From Chrysomallon squamiferum (lineage: Eukaryota; Animalia; Mollusca): a stretch of 64,000 nt of DNA. Of the stretch, positions 12,915 to 47,601 are shown piece after piece (positions within the stretch are counted from its first letter, which is position 1; every line of letters starts with the position of its first letter). Both the position numbers and the translations under genes were made by a program. The stretch lies in assembly GCA_012295275.1 (NCBI GenBank), contig CM022668.1:14012001-14076000 (forward strand), given 5' to 3'. The notes under the pieces are model-generated. The model saw only the letters and a program-made list of their open reading frames with translations. It searched no databases and was not told the DNA's origin.

Positions 12915-15704
12915 TACATATCTACACATATATGGATTAAAATACACGTTTGTGTTATGTATGCATGTTTGTATTATGTATCTGTGCGTGTATTTTTCTA
13001 TCGATCTATATGTTTATATGTCTGTCTTGTCTGTCTGCCTATCTGTTATCTGTCTGTCTGTCTGTCTGACTGTCTGTCTATCTATCTATCTATGTAGGTA
13101 CATATATATCTGTGTCATCAAACTGTACAAGTTTAAAATCACTACATTCTCCCTCTTTTCTCCGAGACAGTTAAACATGTCATTTCCCTGCATATCTCAG
13201 TCTTCTCGACAAATATCCTATCAGCAGGCCCACGTCGGGCGTGCTTTGATTCGTCTTCATTTTTTATATACTAACTTCTTACTGGTTTGTAGCGAATATT
13301 TTTTCAAGCGGGGACGATAAATCAATGTCGACCTCCCTAATAGCAGCAGCACGTGGATGTTTGAATTTCCGGATCACTGAACGTAGCGGATTACGTTAGC
13401 CCGGTTCCGCAAAGCCGAGAGTCGTAAAACGAAGTTAGCGGAATTCGGTTTAAGGATAACTGTCGTAGAGTTTGGCGTAAATGTTTGCGACAACGTCTGT
13501 GATAGTTCTGGTGTGTTGGGTATAATAGGGTTCACGGTTTTGCTTTTGTTTTTAAAATGGTGTTATGTTTTAGTGTTTACGTTTTAGAATTTAGTGTTTA
13601 GAATTTAGCATCAGGAGGGAAATATGTTTTTTTTATTAATTTATTTTTATTTTTATTTATTTATATATTTATATTTATATATTTATTTATTTATAAATTT
13701 ATTACGGTGTAACTGTTTAAAGGTATTATTTTGGTTTGCTATGAAACAGGCGAGTGTTAAAAATAAAAATAAAGACATAAAGAAAGAAAGAAAGAAAGAA
13801 AGAAAGAAAAATAGCAATGAGTCAGTAATCTATAAAACAAATTAAAACGACACAAAATAAAACAAAACAAAATAAAATAAAACCGAAAACTAAACCGAAA
13901 CTTCAGTCGGAAATGAGAAAGTGTAAACAAAGAATAGATTCAAACAGTTTCACATTAAAACGTTTCTTTCTGAAAACCTCGAAAAAAGACAAAAAATCCT
14001 GTTTGTCTAGATCGTTCCGCTGTTTTCACAAACGATTGTACTAGAGTCATTACCTTCGTCGAAATGGTCCATTTCCTTTTTCCACTGAAAAATAGCAACA
14101 CATGCAGACGACCATAAATTTCGACAATCCGCCATATCGCTTTCTTCTTTAAGTGCGTTCCTCCGCCATTTACAGAGACCGACTACGTAAGCCTCTTCCG
14201 ACCCAGCTATTAAATGTCCCAACCAATCAGGAACAGTAATAGAGTGATTGGACAAACGAGCGTGCAGCACGAACTGTTAAATGTTGTTTCTTTCGCCTAA
14301 GTGTGCGATCAAAAACAAAAGCGGAAAGACAAGTAAGTCCATTAACACGAAGTTGCTCAATTGTAAATTTTTCTCGCCCTTTCGAGTAAATTTTAGCAAA
14401 AAAGTCAAAAAAAAAAAAAAAAAAAAAAAAAGAAATCATGTTCTAGTTTTTGAGTTTTGTTAAAGGTTTGTGCACCTCTGAAACCAGATAGTTACGTGTT
14501 CGGTAGGAGTGGTGGTTAATTTGTCGTGTAGTTTCGAGAATGTTTGTAACTCAAAACATTCATTTGCGTTAGTAGTCTGTAAAATTATTATTTTGTTTCT
14601 GGTGAATTAATAAAACCATAAGAATATTCTGTTATGTTTATTTTGTGTGTATGTTTTACACACACATACACACATACGGGCATTAGATACATTGATGGAG
14701 AAACGGAGAAAACAGAAACAGATAGTTAACAAATAGTGTTGTGTGAATTTCCAGATGGTGTTTATTTTCGGCATTTTCATTTTGTATCAAATACTTTCGT
14801 AAACAAGCCTTCCAACGTGGAAACACTTCCACGCCTTTAGGTGTGGTTCCACGCCTTGTAACACATTTCACTTAAACGAAGCAAAATCACAAGGAGCATG
14901 ACACAGGTGACCTCTGGGCCTTGCAAGATCAAGGTCAAGGTCACGTGGGCTTTTCAACTCATCGCTTCAGACGGAAGCCGCGAGAGATCGGTCATTTGAA
15001 AGCAGAAAGAAAAAAAAAAACGTTTCTGTAGATTGTCGTATAGATAGTGGTACGAGTATTGATCTTCAGCCTCGTTCTAGAAGCAGAAGTAAAAACTGGG
15101 ATTGATATTAGATATGGCAGACCTGTTTTTCAAATTTAAATTCATTTCTTTTTGTAATTTTTTTTTTAAGATTTTTGTTTCCTTTCTTTTTCTTTTTAGT
15201 TTAATTTTCTTTTCTTTTTCTTTTTTCTTTTTAATTTTCTTTTCTTTTTTTGTATTTTTTCTTTCTTTTTCATTGTCATTTTATTCTTTTTCCTTCGAAA
15301 GAAGAAACTGATTTGATTTTTATTTTTTCGTGATAAAATGTTTTGTTTTATTTTTCGTTTCTTACTAACATCTTGTTATAAAAGAAACACATACAAAAGT
15401 ATACTAACAATACGATGATTACTGAATTAAAAATAAAACCAAAAGTAACATCGGAATTTGGAGAAATACTGGAAACGTTTGATACAGAAAATTGCTGCAA
15501 CAACAACAACTGCTACTACTACTACTATTACTATCACCACCACCGCCACCATAACTGTTGTACTTACGCCTTTTATTACTTAGAACAACTTCAACAACGA
15601 CATCTATAACCAACAGTATTGCAGTTACTACAATTACTGTTATTATTATTATTACTCTTGTTGTTGTTATTGTTGCGATTGTTTTTTAGGCTATATTAAT
15701 CTTG

Positions 15705-15767
<63 letters not shown>

Positions 15768-16238
15768 TCGTGATACCAACAACAATAATGATAAGATTAC
15801 AATAATAATAATTATATCATCATCAGCATCATCATCATCATCCATCATCACAGCAGTCATCCATCACAACATAATATTATCTCATTGTAGGGTTTATCTA
15901 CATACTGTATCTGTTATTGATCTTGTTGCTGTGTTTCTCTTCAAATTGCCCAGACAATATTGTTCATGTCATGGTCTGCCACAGTCGTTGCCGTATGACG
16001 TCATTTTCGTGCATAAAGTCAGTCTGTTGAGATTGTCATCGGTTCGGCCGAATTCTGTCAAAGTTTGACGGACAAATCCGAATTGATTACATGCATTAAA
16101 GGCACCTAGTTGAGTTTTTATGGAAAGACAGGAATTCTGTTCTTGCGGTTGTTGTAATTAATATTCATCATCATTATCAACGTCATCATCATCGTCGTTA
16201 TCGAAGTCAGCAATGAATTTTTATCAGATTTATTTTAC

Positions 16239-16289
<51 letters not shown>

Positions 16290-16294
16290 TGTGT

Positions 16295-16365
<71 letters not shown>

Positions 16366-17852
16366 ATTTTCGTTAAATAATCATAAAAAATTGTAGCTGA
16401 ACTGTATTATAATATATATGAAATATCTACCACAGAAACCCATATAAATAAACAAACACATAAAAAAAAAAAAAAAAATAACGATATTCTCGAAAATATC
16501 TTGATGTATGACAAATACAAATGTTTTTTTGTTGCAGTAAAAAAAAATAAAATAAAAAATAAATAAACAAATTAAAATAAATAAATAAATAAATAAATAA
16601 ATAAATATATAAATTAATACATTTTTAAATAAATGAAATAATAATAATAAATAACAAATAACAATAAAATAAATAAAATGAAATAAAAAATAATAAAAAA
16701 TAAAATAAAATAAAGAAATAAAAGAAATAAAAAATAAAAATGGAAAAAACCTGCTAAGCCGTTTCACCTTAGAAAATATTTTTTATAGCCAGGACGTTTT
16801 CTGTTTATGAAGAACTGTGCACGTGTTTCGAATTAGGTAATTAGTCGAAGGGAGAAGATAATTACAAAATTAAATAGACAGCAAACGTTTCTTGATCACA
16901 AAATGTGTATAAACGGATACAGTCTGGTGCCAAACATTACTTAAAGTTTCCTAAATGACGATGTGTGTGTGTGTGTGTGCATGTGCGAATGTGTGCGTGT
17001 GTGTGTTATTGTGTGTATGAGTGAGTCTGTGTATGCAGGATATATTTATGTATTACAATCTATTTATAAAAGTGTGTGCAATGTATGTATGTATGTATGT
17101 CTGTATGTATATAGTTGAACATGTGTGTTTGTATGTGTGTGCATATCTGTATTTATATTTTTCTGACTACCCCCTTTCTATCTTTGTCGGTTTATCTATC
17201 TGTTTATTCTTTAATTTGTCCCTTCATACTTCTGTAGTCTGTTGTTGTTTTTTTTTTTTTTTTGGTCTGTGTGTTTATTTACCAGTCTATCTATAACATA
17301 ATGTACAGGTAATATTTGCTTATTTTATTTGATAAGCTTGGACATTAATATGAAATAAATATTCTGAATTTATTCAAGTACAAATATAAGTAAACAAAGA
17401 AGTCATTCATGACTTTTCAGCGAAAACGTATCTCACGAATTTCGGTTGAGAATATTTGCTCTCTTTGTCGTCTTGTTGACATTGGCGTTGAAACGCTTTA
17501 TTTGATTGGCTAATGAATTAGGTACTGTTTACTTTGACGATGGAACCCGTAATTTGATTGGTCGATGCTCATAAGCGATCTGTTTACTCCCGCGCTGAAG
17601 AACTTGTTGTAGCAGCCATGTTTGTTTGATGATAACATTTTGTAGTACAGTTTCTAGACAAACTTTTTTTTTTTTTTTTTTTGTTAAATGTATTAATTAT
17701 TGAATTTCTTTGAAATCTGTTTTCATAACAAACTGTACGTGACTTCCAGCACATACTATGTTCATTGTTGAAGGTCATGTATGTTTATATGTTTTTGTTA
17801 GAGAGAAATACAAATAAACAGAGAGGTACCGACAATGAAACTGACATCAGTA

Positions 17853-17896
<44 letters not shown>

Positions 17897-17980
17897 ACAT
17901 AAACATACATACACACACATACATCTAAACAGATCTATCTCTTTGCATAACTGTATACAGATATACATATAGACAAAGAA

Positions 17981-18048
<68 letters not shown>

Positions 18049-18776
18049 TCATCTTTTTTCCTGTTCTTTTTCCAAATTAAAACTTAATTAGAACAAAATA
18101 TAAGATAACAGAACTAATTTAATAATAATAATAATAATATATATATATATATTAAGGCAGCAGTCGCGATTTGATCCTGGGAAATCAAGATCTTTAAAAC
18201 GGTCAATATTAACAGTAGCAGCAGAAGATACACAACACTTTCTCTGCTGGAGCAGACTTGGCCGATCTTTAGAGAGGAAAGATTTGCCCGCGGCTGCTTC
18301 GGGCGGCGGTAAGAGAGAGAGGGGGGGTGTCTTTAAGCTGGCGTCCTATGCTAACGATTTCAAAGATGCTGAATGGAATAGCTCGTCTGCCTCTACAAAT
18401 GTATTGATCCGCGTTCTGTTGGCGGAGATTGCAACGTTCTCACTTGCTGAGTCAAAAGTTCTTAGCCTTTTTTCGATCGATAATTTTCCTCCATGTCGCC
18501 CATTGGGAAAAATGATTGGCCCACGCTTGACCTAGACTTGCTTCAAATTTATTTATTTATTTATTTTTTATTTTTTATTTTTTTTTTTATTTTTTTTTTT
18601 TGTTGTTGTATATATTGTATATATTTATTCGTCTTTTCTTTTTTAAATTATTATTTTGTGGATTGAAGGAAAAGAAAATATAAGGACGAGCATAAGAATA
18701 TTATTGAATTTGTTGTAATAATTAGGAAAGAAAGAGTAACTGCAGCCACATCATTATTATTAACATCATCAACATC

Positions 18777-18839
<63 letters not shown>

Positions 18840-19592
18840 AAATAAATAAATAAATCAAATTATAATTTAAGAATAGTTACGATAAAAGAAGAGAAAACAA
18901 TACACGTATGTATTTACAAACACACAAATGCATACACATACAGACACATTCCAAACACCAATTTCTTATTTTTACGAGAAAAACCTTGAACCTTCTGAAA
19001 AATCATAGCAAAAGAAAGATAGAGTAATCAGTGTGTTGCGATACAAACAGAAAATCGATAGAGAAAATTAACATAATGTTTGTTTGTACTGTCTTTCCCA
19101 CCCTTTCAGCTGGGAGAACCAAAGATGTCTTTTTTCCTTTTTATCTGAAATAAATTTTCCATAACGACTTCATTTTGCTCACCAAATCGATTTTGCTCAG
19201 TTTTGTAATCAATCGTATAACTTCGATAATTTCCGTATTATATTCGCGAACGTCTGCGTTTCCAATGGACACGAAGATTACCTGTGACGTCATGGGATTT
19301 AAAAGGCATTATCATGTAAATATATTTTTGAAAGACGTATTGTTAACAAACTGTGCAGCGTATTTTTATTATGTAACTTGGATACTGAAGGTCTGAGCGC
19401 GGTTGTTTTATGCAGAACATATTGTTATAGATATATTACGTAATAAACATTTGATGATGTAATTACATTTTTTTGAGAAATACCAATATTATATTAATTC
19501 TGTATTAATACATTAAGATATATTATATACGTTATGTGAATATAATACAGATAAATATATTATATTTTTAACATATATAAAAATAATGTGAT

Positions 19593-19947
<355 letters not shown>

Positions 19948-22332
19948 CAACCTGTTCCTTGTTTTCTAATAGCACCATGAGCTGAAACAGTCTTACGCAA
20001 TCGTTGCTTGGCAACCAAATACCACCAAGTATTCTGCATACACATTTTTTTTGCACGGGAGGACATAGTATTCGTAAAGGGGGCAGGGTTGTATCTCATC
20101 ACTAATATTCTCTAAATTTACACCTGACTTTATTTATAGTTTTATGGAACTCATTTCGTCTTGAAATTTATACAATAACTAAAAAAAAATATATATATAT
20201 TGTCTTCCCCGTTTATTGAAATCTGGATTCGTCCCTGATTATAATAACAAATTTGAAGAATTTTACAAACAGATTACGAAGAGTATGGGGGATTAAAAAA
20301 AGTATTGCACTTAGACCGTACGAAAGAAAGATGTTTTTTTGCATCTATTTTTGGAAACCAACAGCATACTGAAATTTTTCTTATTATTTTACAAAATAAA
20401 TAAAAATAAAATAAAATAAAATAAAATAAAATAAAATAAAATAAAATAAAATAAAATAAAATAAAAAAGTAAAATAAATAAATAAATAACAAGAACTTTT
20501 AGTGAAAGAAAGAGTCAGTCAATTCATTTGTTGTAAAAATATTTCGTCTGTGCTTTAATGAGAAGATTGAAACAGACTGTAATAAAATTATTTATTATTT
20601 GCTGTATTTTAAAAAACGAGAGTTTTGGAACAATTGACGTTTTGTGCACAATCAGATAACCAAAACTTCAACGTCATCAGCAGAAATAAATATAAACATA
20701 ATTAACAAGACGACTTTTCAGGAAGTTTTATTTTTATTCGGACGTAAAACCATTATCTTACTTTCTATGGCCTTAATTATCAACATTCAAGGCCAAGACA
20801 AATACTCTAAATTCTTTCCACATCTTTCTAGTGCAACTCAATTGTCAGATTACACTGATGTAACCTTCTGCACTAACATGCTAACTTAATAACGAGTATA
20901 ATTATTTTAACAGTGCGTGATGCATATAAAATTATTACTGTCTTAAAATCAGATTACGCTTTATTTTTCGCCGGCTGTTATTCACTCTCTCGCTGTCTGT
21001 CTGTCTGTCTGTCTGTCTGTATTTTTTTATATATTTATGTTTCTCTGTCACTCATATAATTACTTGCTGAGAGAGTGAACACATGTTTTTATATCTATAT
21101 ATATAGAGAGAGAGCGTTGCCTATGCAAAGTTGTTTACGATGACAACACTGGGAACATTGAACAACATGCCAAAATGTTCCGAAGCGTCCTGAGGGGAGG
21201 GAGAAAAGAACGCACCCCCAGGAGAGGCCCTTCACTCTAGAGGCTGCTGTAAAGATTCTCCAAATATTTCACCGAAATCTGCTTTCCTTAAATCGGTAGA
21301 TACGTATCACAGTCATTACTTGTATTAAAAAAAAAAAAAAAAAAAATAAAAATCCCTACGAAAGTCTATGGCGGCAAATCTGGGTTTCACTTCTGCCTGG
21401 AACGTTCTCGGTTATGACAGCTGTTCTAAGTCGGAGTCCGCCGGGCACCCCCACGTGAACCAAGAACCGACCCCTTCGCACTCAAAAAAATAAAAATAAA
21501 TAAATTAATAATAATAAGAAAGTGTTGTGCCTTTATGACTTATCGCCATATCACTGAAACTGTTACGTTAGGAGCCAAATTTTGTTGGCTGAAATGATTA
21601 TAGATGTGGCAGAGAGCATAGGGGTTAAGGATTGCTAGGAAGCAAATGTTGTGTGTATGTATATAGTTTTTTCTAGTAAAGCAATCCTTAATCCCACATC
21701 CTATTCTGTCCATACTTATTAAACGACTGAAAAAAAAAAAAAAAAAAAAAAAAAAGGCTTAAGATTTGTTAAAAAGCAAAAATGTAATTGGTAAAGTAAA
21801 TATAAAGTAATATACCTGTAGGGTGAACGGGTCATATGAATGCAAATGTTAGCAGAATGAATGTAATTAGGTTTACTGACGATTAAAAAATAATTTTAGA
21901 AAGATCACAAGATTTAGAAGTTAAGATTTTGCTGTTCTGTTTCAGAATTTGATACAGCAAAGTACGCCTCTTATGGGCACATAATTAATCTTAAAACAGA
22001 AACAAATAGATATAAATTATTTTTAAAATTTTCACGTGCAATATCACCTTTCCATAATTACATTAATTTAGAGGTTGATGTGAAAGAGCAATTTTAATAC
22101 TTCTGTGTGTTATCATTATTTGAATATAAGCTGTAGATTGTAATTTCTCACATGTAACTTTACTACGATTACCAGTTCATTATATGATAGAAGAAATAAT
22201 CTTGTAAAGATAACAGAACTATAATGTAGCTGTTAATAAAACTCGATACGTTTGTGGGTTTTCACACTAGAGGCATGCGTTGTATATAACAATTATAGGC
22301 TATTAGATAGTCTATCTTTTTAAGTATACATC

Positions 22333-22419
<87 letters not shown>

Positions 22420-22494
22420 AGTTATCTATCTATTCATCCATTTGTCTATCTATGTCACTCTGTCACGGTCTGTCTGTCTGTCTGTCTCTCAGTC

Positions 22495-22594
<100 letters not shown>

Positions 22595-22798
22595 CCCCCC
22601 CTCTCTCCCTCTCTCTCTCCCTCTCTACCTATCTGATCTCTGAAACATTCAGTTAGTCGATTGGATTAGTTAGTTAATTAGCATATCGAGTCGAATTATT
22701 GGACATAATAGAAACAGTTTTTTTTTTAAATTCTAATTATGAGAGAGGAAACGACAATAAAATAGCATTTTTGGTCTAGCCATCGTTACTGATATATT

Positions 22799-22850
<52 letters not shown>

Positions 22851-22962
22851 GTATGATCTATTTTCTTGATATAAAACGGTGCTACTGTGTGCTTTGTTTC
22901 TCAATATTTCGTTCAGTTAATGAAGAGTGTAGTTATTAAAACATGTTGTGTTTGTTTTTCAG

Positions 22963-41218
<18,256 letters not shown>

Positions 41219-41836
41219 TTTCCGGTTCCTGTTTCCGGAAGAAAAAAAAAACCCAGCTCCGCGGTGAATATATATATATATATGTATATATATAATTATA
41301 CACGTGGATCAAAGTGGATACTAATGAGGCGAATGGATAGTAGTGTGGTTAGGGACATGATTCAGGCGTCTCGTACTTCAAAAATTGTGTGTTTAGATTA
41401 TTGGTGTAATTTCCAAGAACAAACAAAAAAAAACAAAAAAACAAAACAACAAACAACAGAAACTAATTATCATAATTTATTCATCTCTATTTAAATGACA
41501 TGCTCATGTGTTTTGTTTTTTTCTCAGTGTGTTATAAAGAAGAGACATTAGGCCGAAAACTACAAATTATGAAAACCGTATCGATGAACAGGTTTTTCAT
41601 ATAAAGTTTACTATAAGAATAAGTTTCATTTTACTTCTCATGAAGACTGTAATGCATATTTCTTGTTGGCTGTTTGCGTGTAGAATGTAACAAAACTCAG
41701 TGTATCATAGTAACATATCAGCGCCAAATTAGAAATACGTGGTTTCATGGTACACAGCATAATATATTTGTTAAAAGGAATCGATAGTGGTATTTGTCAT
41801 TATTTATGTATGCATTACTAGGACTACTGCTGCTTT

Positions 41837-41903
<67 letters not shown>

Positions 41904-41973
41904 GCTACTACTACTACAACTACTCTACTAGAATTACTTCTACAACTATGATTATAATTGTTTCCACTATACC

Positions 41974-42021
<48 letters not shown>

Positions 42022-42727
42022 ATTCGAAATAAATAAATAAATAAATAATCTTCTAGATGTAATATATGCAGTATGTTAAATACGAAATTTTATATAATCA
42101 AAGCGAATTTAAACGCATTTAAAATAACTTTCATATGACGTCATTTTCCACGATCGATTCCTTATACGACTGAACTTAACAAAACAGCCAATGGGAAGTG
42201 TTCATGTTTTGACGATTGCTTGTTACAAAGAGGCGAGAACTTGCGTTTTTTTGACAACTGCTTATTGCAATGGAATGAGAACTTTTCTAAAAATAAATGT
42301 AACATTACGTCATTGTTAGAATCGTCATAGAAAAAAGCTTCTGGTTTTTGGACAATGCTATTTATTTATTTATTTGTTTATTTGTTTATTTGTTTATTTA
42401 TTTATTTATTTTGACTTATATTTAGTACTACTACTAATTATTATTATTATTATTTTATTTTAATTTTTGCTCTTATCCTTCTTTCCTTCTTCTTCTTCTT
42501 CTTCTTCTTCTTCTTCTTTGTCTATTTTATTTTATTACCATATTATTATTATTATTATTTATTATAACAGGTACATCCAATACTATTATTATTTCTTTTA
42601 CTACTATTACTACTACTACTACTACTACTACTACTACAACTACTACTACTACTACTATGTTATTAATTATCATTATTATTATTAAGATATTACTATTAAG
42701 ATGATGATGATGATATTATTGTTATTA

Positions 42728-42768
<41 letters not shown>

Positions 42769-43644
42769 GCTGAATGAAAGGATATGCACGAAGCTGTTGA
42801 TATTATTATAATTTACTTATATTTACATTTGCTCTGTGTGCAAAGGTATGACTGTATTGTTACGTCGAAAGAAGACTGAATGTTAAATAGAGCGTATCCG
42901 CTTTACCTTTTAAACAGAGGTGTACACGTGTTACATTGTTAAAACTTACTCAAAAATGTTCAGTGAAAAAAAGGACTGTCACTCCTGTTTTTGTTTCAAA
43001 GAAAAATATAATTTTGTTGTCACGAAATGAATTACGAATATCATAAAATAATTTCAAATAAATTTTTTAAAATAGGGAAAAAGTAAATTTAAAAAAAAAA
43101 AAAGCTATATAAAAATAATTAAATTTATAAATACAAAATGAATGGAATATATATATATAACTTTGCTTAGATTTGTTCTTTTCAAGTTATATTCAGTTAT
43201 AAGTGAATACGACAGTAATAAGATTCAAGTTCTGTTCTTTCTTCAGGTTTTTTTTCTTTTTTACATTCATTTGTTGCAACAAGGACTATTAAGGTTACCC
43301 TCTTGAATTTACTAGTGCAACAAATGGGAGAATGTAAACATTTCACAAATGGGCATATATAACATGTTTAACAAAAAGGGAAAAGATTAGACGAGCAAAA
43401 TGGGAAAATATGCATACATATCAAATGGGAGATAGACTGTCTAATTACCTTTCTGGGACGCCACAAACATGGTTAAAAATAATACTCCTTTTAATTTTTT
43501 TTTTTTTAATTTTTATTGTTGATTAGTTGTTACGTATTATTAAAGCTGTTTATATACTTATTTATTTATTTACTTACATAGTTGTTAATTTTACAAATTT
43601 AAATATGTTGTTAGATTGTTTTGCCTAATATTATTATATACTCA

Positions 43645-43676
<32 letters not shown>

Positions 43677-44021
43677 GCACACATGATGCAGTGGATACAA
43701 ATACTTCGAAAAGTCGAACTCATCTTTGAAATTATAGAACGTGTTTAAATACTCGGCCTTTACCTGATGAAATACGGTAAACTCAATTACGTATAACATT
43801 AATAATAGCTGCAGTTTTAATTTAGCTTCATTCTTATTTATCTCTCTGTATTTTAAATTAATATTATTATGTCAGGACTGAAGTAAATTTTCTCTAATAT
43901 CCTCCATTTTTTTTCTCGATTATTGGCTCTAAATAATTTTTAAATAATAATAATTAAAAAAAATAAAATAAATAAAATAAATAAACGAAGCTTTCATTTG
44001 TATTAATTCGAAGACGTAACA

Positions 44022-44064
<43 letters not shown>

Positions 44065-44465
44065 ATACTAATAAACCTGTCGGTAAATATCTCTGTAGCA
44101 ATAGCTGATACTCAACAAAGAAAACCCATACAGAATTTCTTTTTTCTGAAATGGTTTGAATGATTTTATTATCTTCCTTCTGGATCAAGGGAGACAATTC
44201 CATTAACTTTTTTTTTTCCCCTCGACTATAATAACGCCGTCTCTATTGTATAGAGTGGTATGCAGCTCCAAAAACTTCTAAAACCAAGTAACAACGTGAA
44301 ACCAAAATCGATCATCGCTATAAGTAAACTATAGTTATCTTAGTTACCCGAAACTAAAATAATGTTCTGAAACAAGACGGAATTATATTTTTATTATTTT
44401 ATATTATCTCTATTCCAGACTGTTTTTGTTTTATTTTATGTTTATCAACCTTATACGAATTAAGT

Positions 44466-44512
<47 letters not shown>

Positions 44513-46727
44513 TGTATTTTTTTTAATTTATTTATTCAGAACATAACTTATTACAGTCTAATTTTACCATTGTTATTGCATTTCATATCTAACAATGGAA
44601 TATAAATGTTCTCTGTCATCTTTAGTGTTAAGATTTTAAAAATTATTATATATATATAGGCAGTGTTAAATTTTACTGGAAAAAAAAAAAAAAATAATTA
44701 ATAAATAAAAATAAATAACATATAACTGTTATATTTTATTTTTTATCTTCGTTGTAGGAACATTCCAAAGAAAATACCTCACCAACAAAAAAAAAAAAAA
44801 AAAAAAAAAACTTCCATCTTCTTCATAACCAGAAAAATATGTAGTTTATTTATATATTATCTACAAACAGAAACCCTTATTAATTAAAAAAGAAACCTGA
44901 CATTAGCAGCATAATTTATGCACTAAAATTATATATTTATTTTTTTCTTCTTTGAGATTTTCAAAAAGATTAGGGAAGACCAAAAATAATCGATCTCGCA
45001 TTTGATTCATAGAATGTTAAAATACTCACCGTTTCTCCGAGGAAATACGGTATATTTGTAATACGTGTATCACAGACCATTTCCACATACAGCTGATTTT
45101 TATTATTAAATAACTTATATCCGAGATTATACGGTATATTTGTAATTAATGTCTTATAGATGATTTTATTTTTTTTTTTCCTTAATAAGCTGATTATAAA
45201 TGTATTGCTTATGACATCATTTTTAAATTTACGTCATCTTCTAGTCGTTAACATTAACCATTATGTAAATGTCCTTCATTAACTTGGTTTGTTGTGTAAT
45301 GTCATGCCTAAATGGATGAAATTATGACGTCATCAAATCTGCATTCTTTGAATCTTACTGCACACACATACACGTGTGCGGGAACCATAACTATTTAGCC
45401 AGTCATGCAAGGACAAAATGTATCAATTTTATAATAAAATCATGTAAACACAAAATGTTTATTTATTTATTTCTTTGCTTGTTAGTTCGTTCGTTTCTTT
45501 GTCATTTGCTTTAACTGGGTCTTTGAGCAGTTGGGTGTTTGGTAGATTGAACTGTTGATTACTTGGCTGGTTGCTATTTATTTTATTTTATTTTTTATTA
45601 TTTTTCACATCAAATCAAAATCATCCGCTTCGCAGGATGGTTGTCACGTTTGATTTATTGAACGGTTGTTTATTTGGTAGACTGGTTTTAAACTGAACGC
45701 TGTTTTTTTTTTATAAAACGTTATGCGCCATAACTTTTTTCGCTCAGTGTAGAAAGGATTACTCTTCTATTTAACCTATGGAAAAACGGTGTTACAAAAT
45801 AAACAAAGGCAACAACGATACAGACGAATTTTTATTGGTCATCACAAGAGGCCAAATACCCATACATTTACAAATATTCAAAACTGTTTAAGAAACCGTT
45901 ATTCAAAAATAATTTTTAAAGTAATTGCAATCTTTAAAGCAAAAACAAAATGAAAAAAAAAAAAAAAAAAAAAAAAAAACAACAACAACAAAACGTAGCT
46001 GTCCGTTTCTTAAATATGTATAAGAACTTGAATATTTATATAACATTTTTAATGAATATTAATATACAGCAAAGGTTTGAATAACAACACGAATAATTTA
46101 CAAGTTCTAAAAAACGACTCATCTGTTAAAACTGAATTAAAAGTCAATGGAGTTGGACAAGGTTACACATTATAACCTTGTCAATTTATGAAAAACATTT
46201 ACTCGTTAAAAAAAAAAAAAAAAAAAAAATGTTAATTCAGTGCAACGCTTATTAACAGAAATATTTTTTTTCTAAATCATAAAAATAAATTAACAGAACA
46301 AATAACTGAAACAACCACACCGTTTTATTTTACGATCCATCCACCTTGAAATTTACAGGGTTATATCCCATTCTAAACATCTACATGGAGCAACATGTAT
46401 TTGCGAGAAAGTAAAAACATAAAAGACAACACTTCTGCTATGTAGTAATAACAATTCCTTCAGTAGCTTCAATAAATACTTGTATGCATGTATATTACAT
46501 TCTACGGGAAGGTTAGTTTTAAAAAATAATTTTGGCTGCCTTTTGTAAGAGTAGCTCTTGCATTCGATTAGTACAAAGAATCGAGGTGTGTAAAAGCAGA
46601 TTATTATAAAAATATATTTTAACTGATCTTGGCAATTGCTGTTGTAAAGGTAAGGTTGTTCAAGGTATAAACTTTCCTGTCTAAGAAAATATTAATATAG
46701 AATAGCACGGCTGTCAATAGGAAAAAC

Positions 46728-46789
<62 letters not shown>

Positions 46790-47140
46790 TATTGGCTCCA
46801 CATGCCTACAGCGAGTTTCATTTCTAGTATTAACTTGTCAATAGATAGCGAAAAAATAGAGAGAGAGTCAGATTGTAATACTAGGCTATCCACTCCTAAA
46901 AACAACAAACACATTATATATATATATATATATATATATAATTCAATGAAATTACCAGAAACCAAATATTTTATCGTTTTGTCCTGATTAAAATGAGAAA
47001 CAGGTAAGTGGTAAATCTAATCCTGTAATGGTAGTCGACGGTTTCATTTCCAAAAATAATAATTCAATGAGCAATAAAAATATAATTTATTTTAACAACT
47101 ATGTACATTTAAGTTATAAATGTAATCACAGCAGAATTGA

Positions 47141-47180
<40 letters not shown>

Positions 47181-47222
47181 AAGAATGAAAGAAAGAAAGA
47201 AAGAAAGAAAGAAAGAAAAAAA

Positions 47223-47262
<40 letters not shown>

Positions 47263-47601
47263 AAAAAGAAACAAAGAAAAAGAACAAAAAAAACACTTTG
47301 AGGCGTAAGTAGTTCTTATTTTAATGAATTAATTAATTAATCAATTTTTTTATTTATTTATTATTATTATTATTGTTATTATTATTTATATTTTTTGATA
47401 ACTTCATATTTACTTGGTTCTTTTTTATTTTTTATTATTGTTGTTTGATTTGTTATTTTGTTGTTTGTGTTGTTATTTTATTAATTCTGTTGAAGGTTTA
47501 AAAAAAAAAAAAAAAATTACCTATTATTTATTTATTTATTTTTGTTTATTTCGTTGTTAAAGGTCAACTTTTCTTACAGATATTTCAAACACATTCCAAA
47601 T

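Noticed and set aside
45798-45836. Facing AATAAA (+) and TTTATT signals suggesting the two 3' UTRs meet here
   Set aside because: AATAAA is ubiquitous in this AT-rich sequence; the site cannot be supported without 3'-end sequencing.
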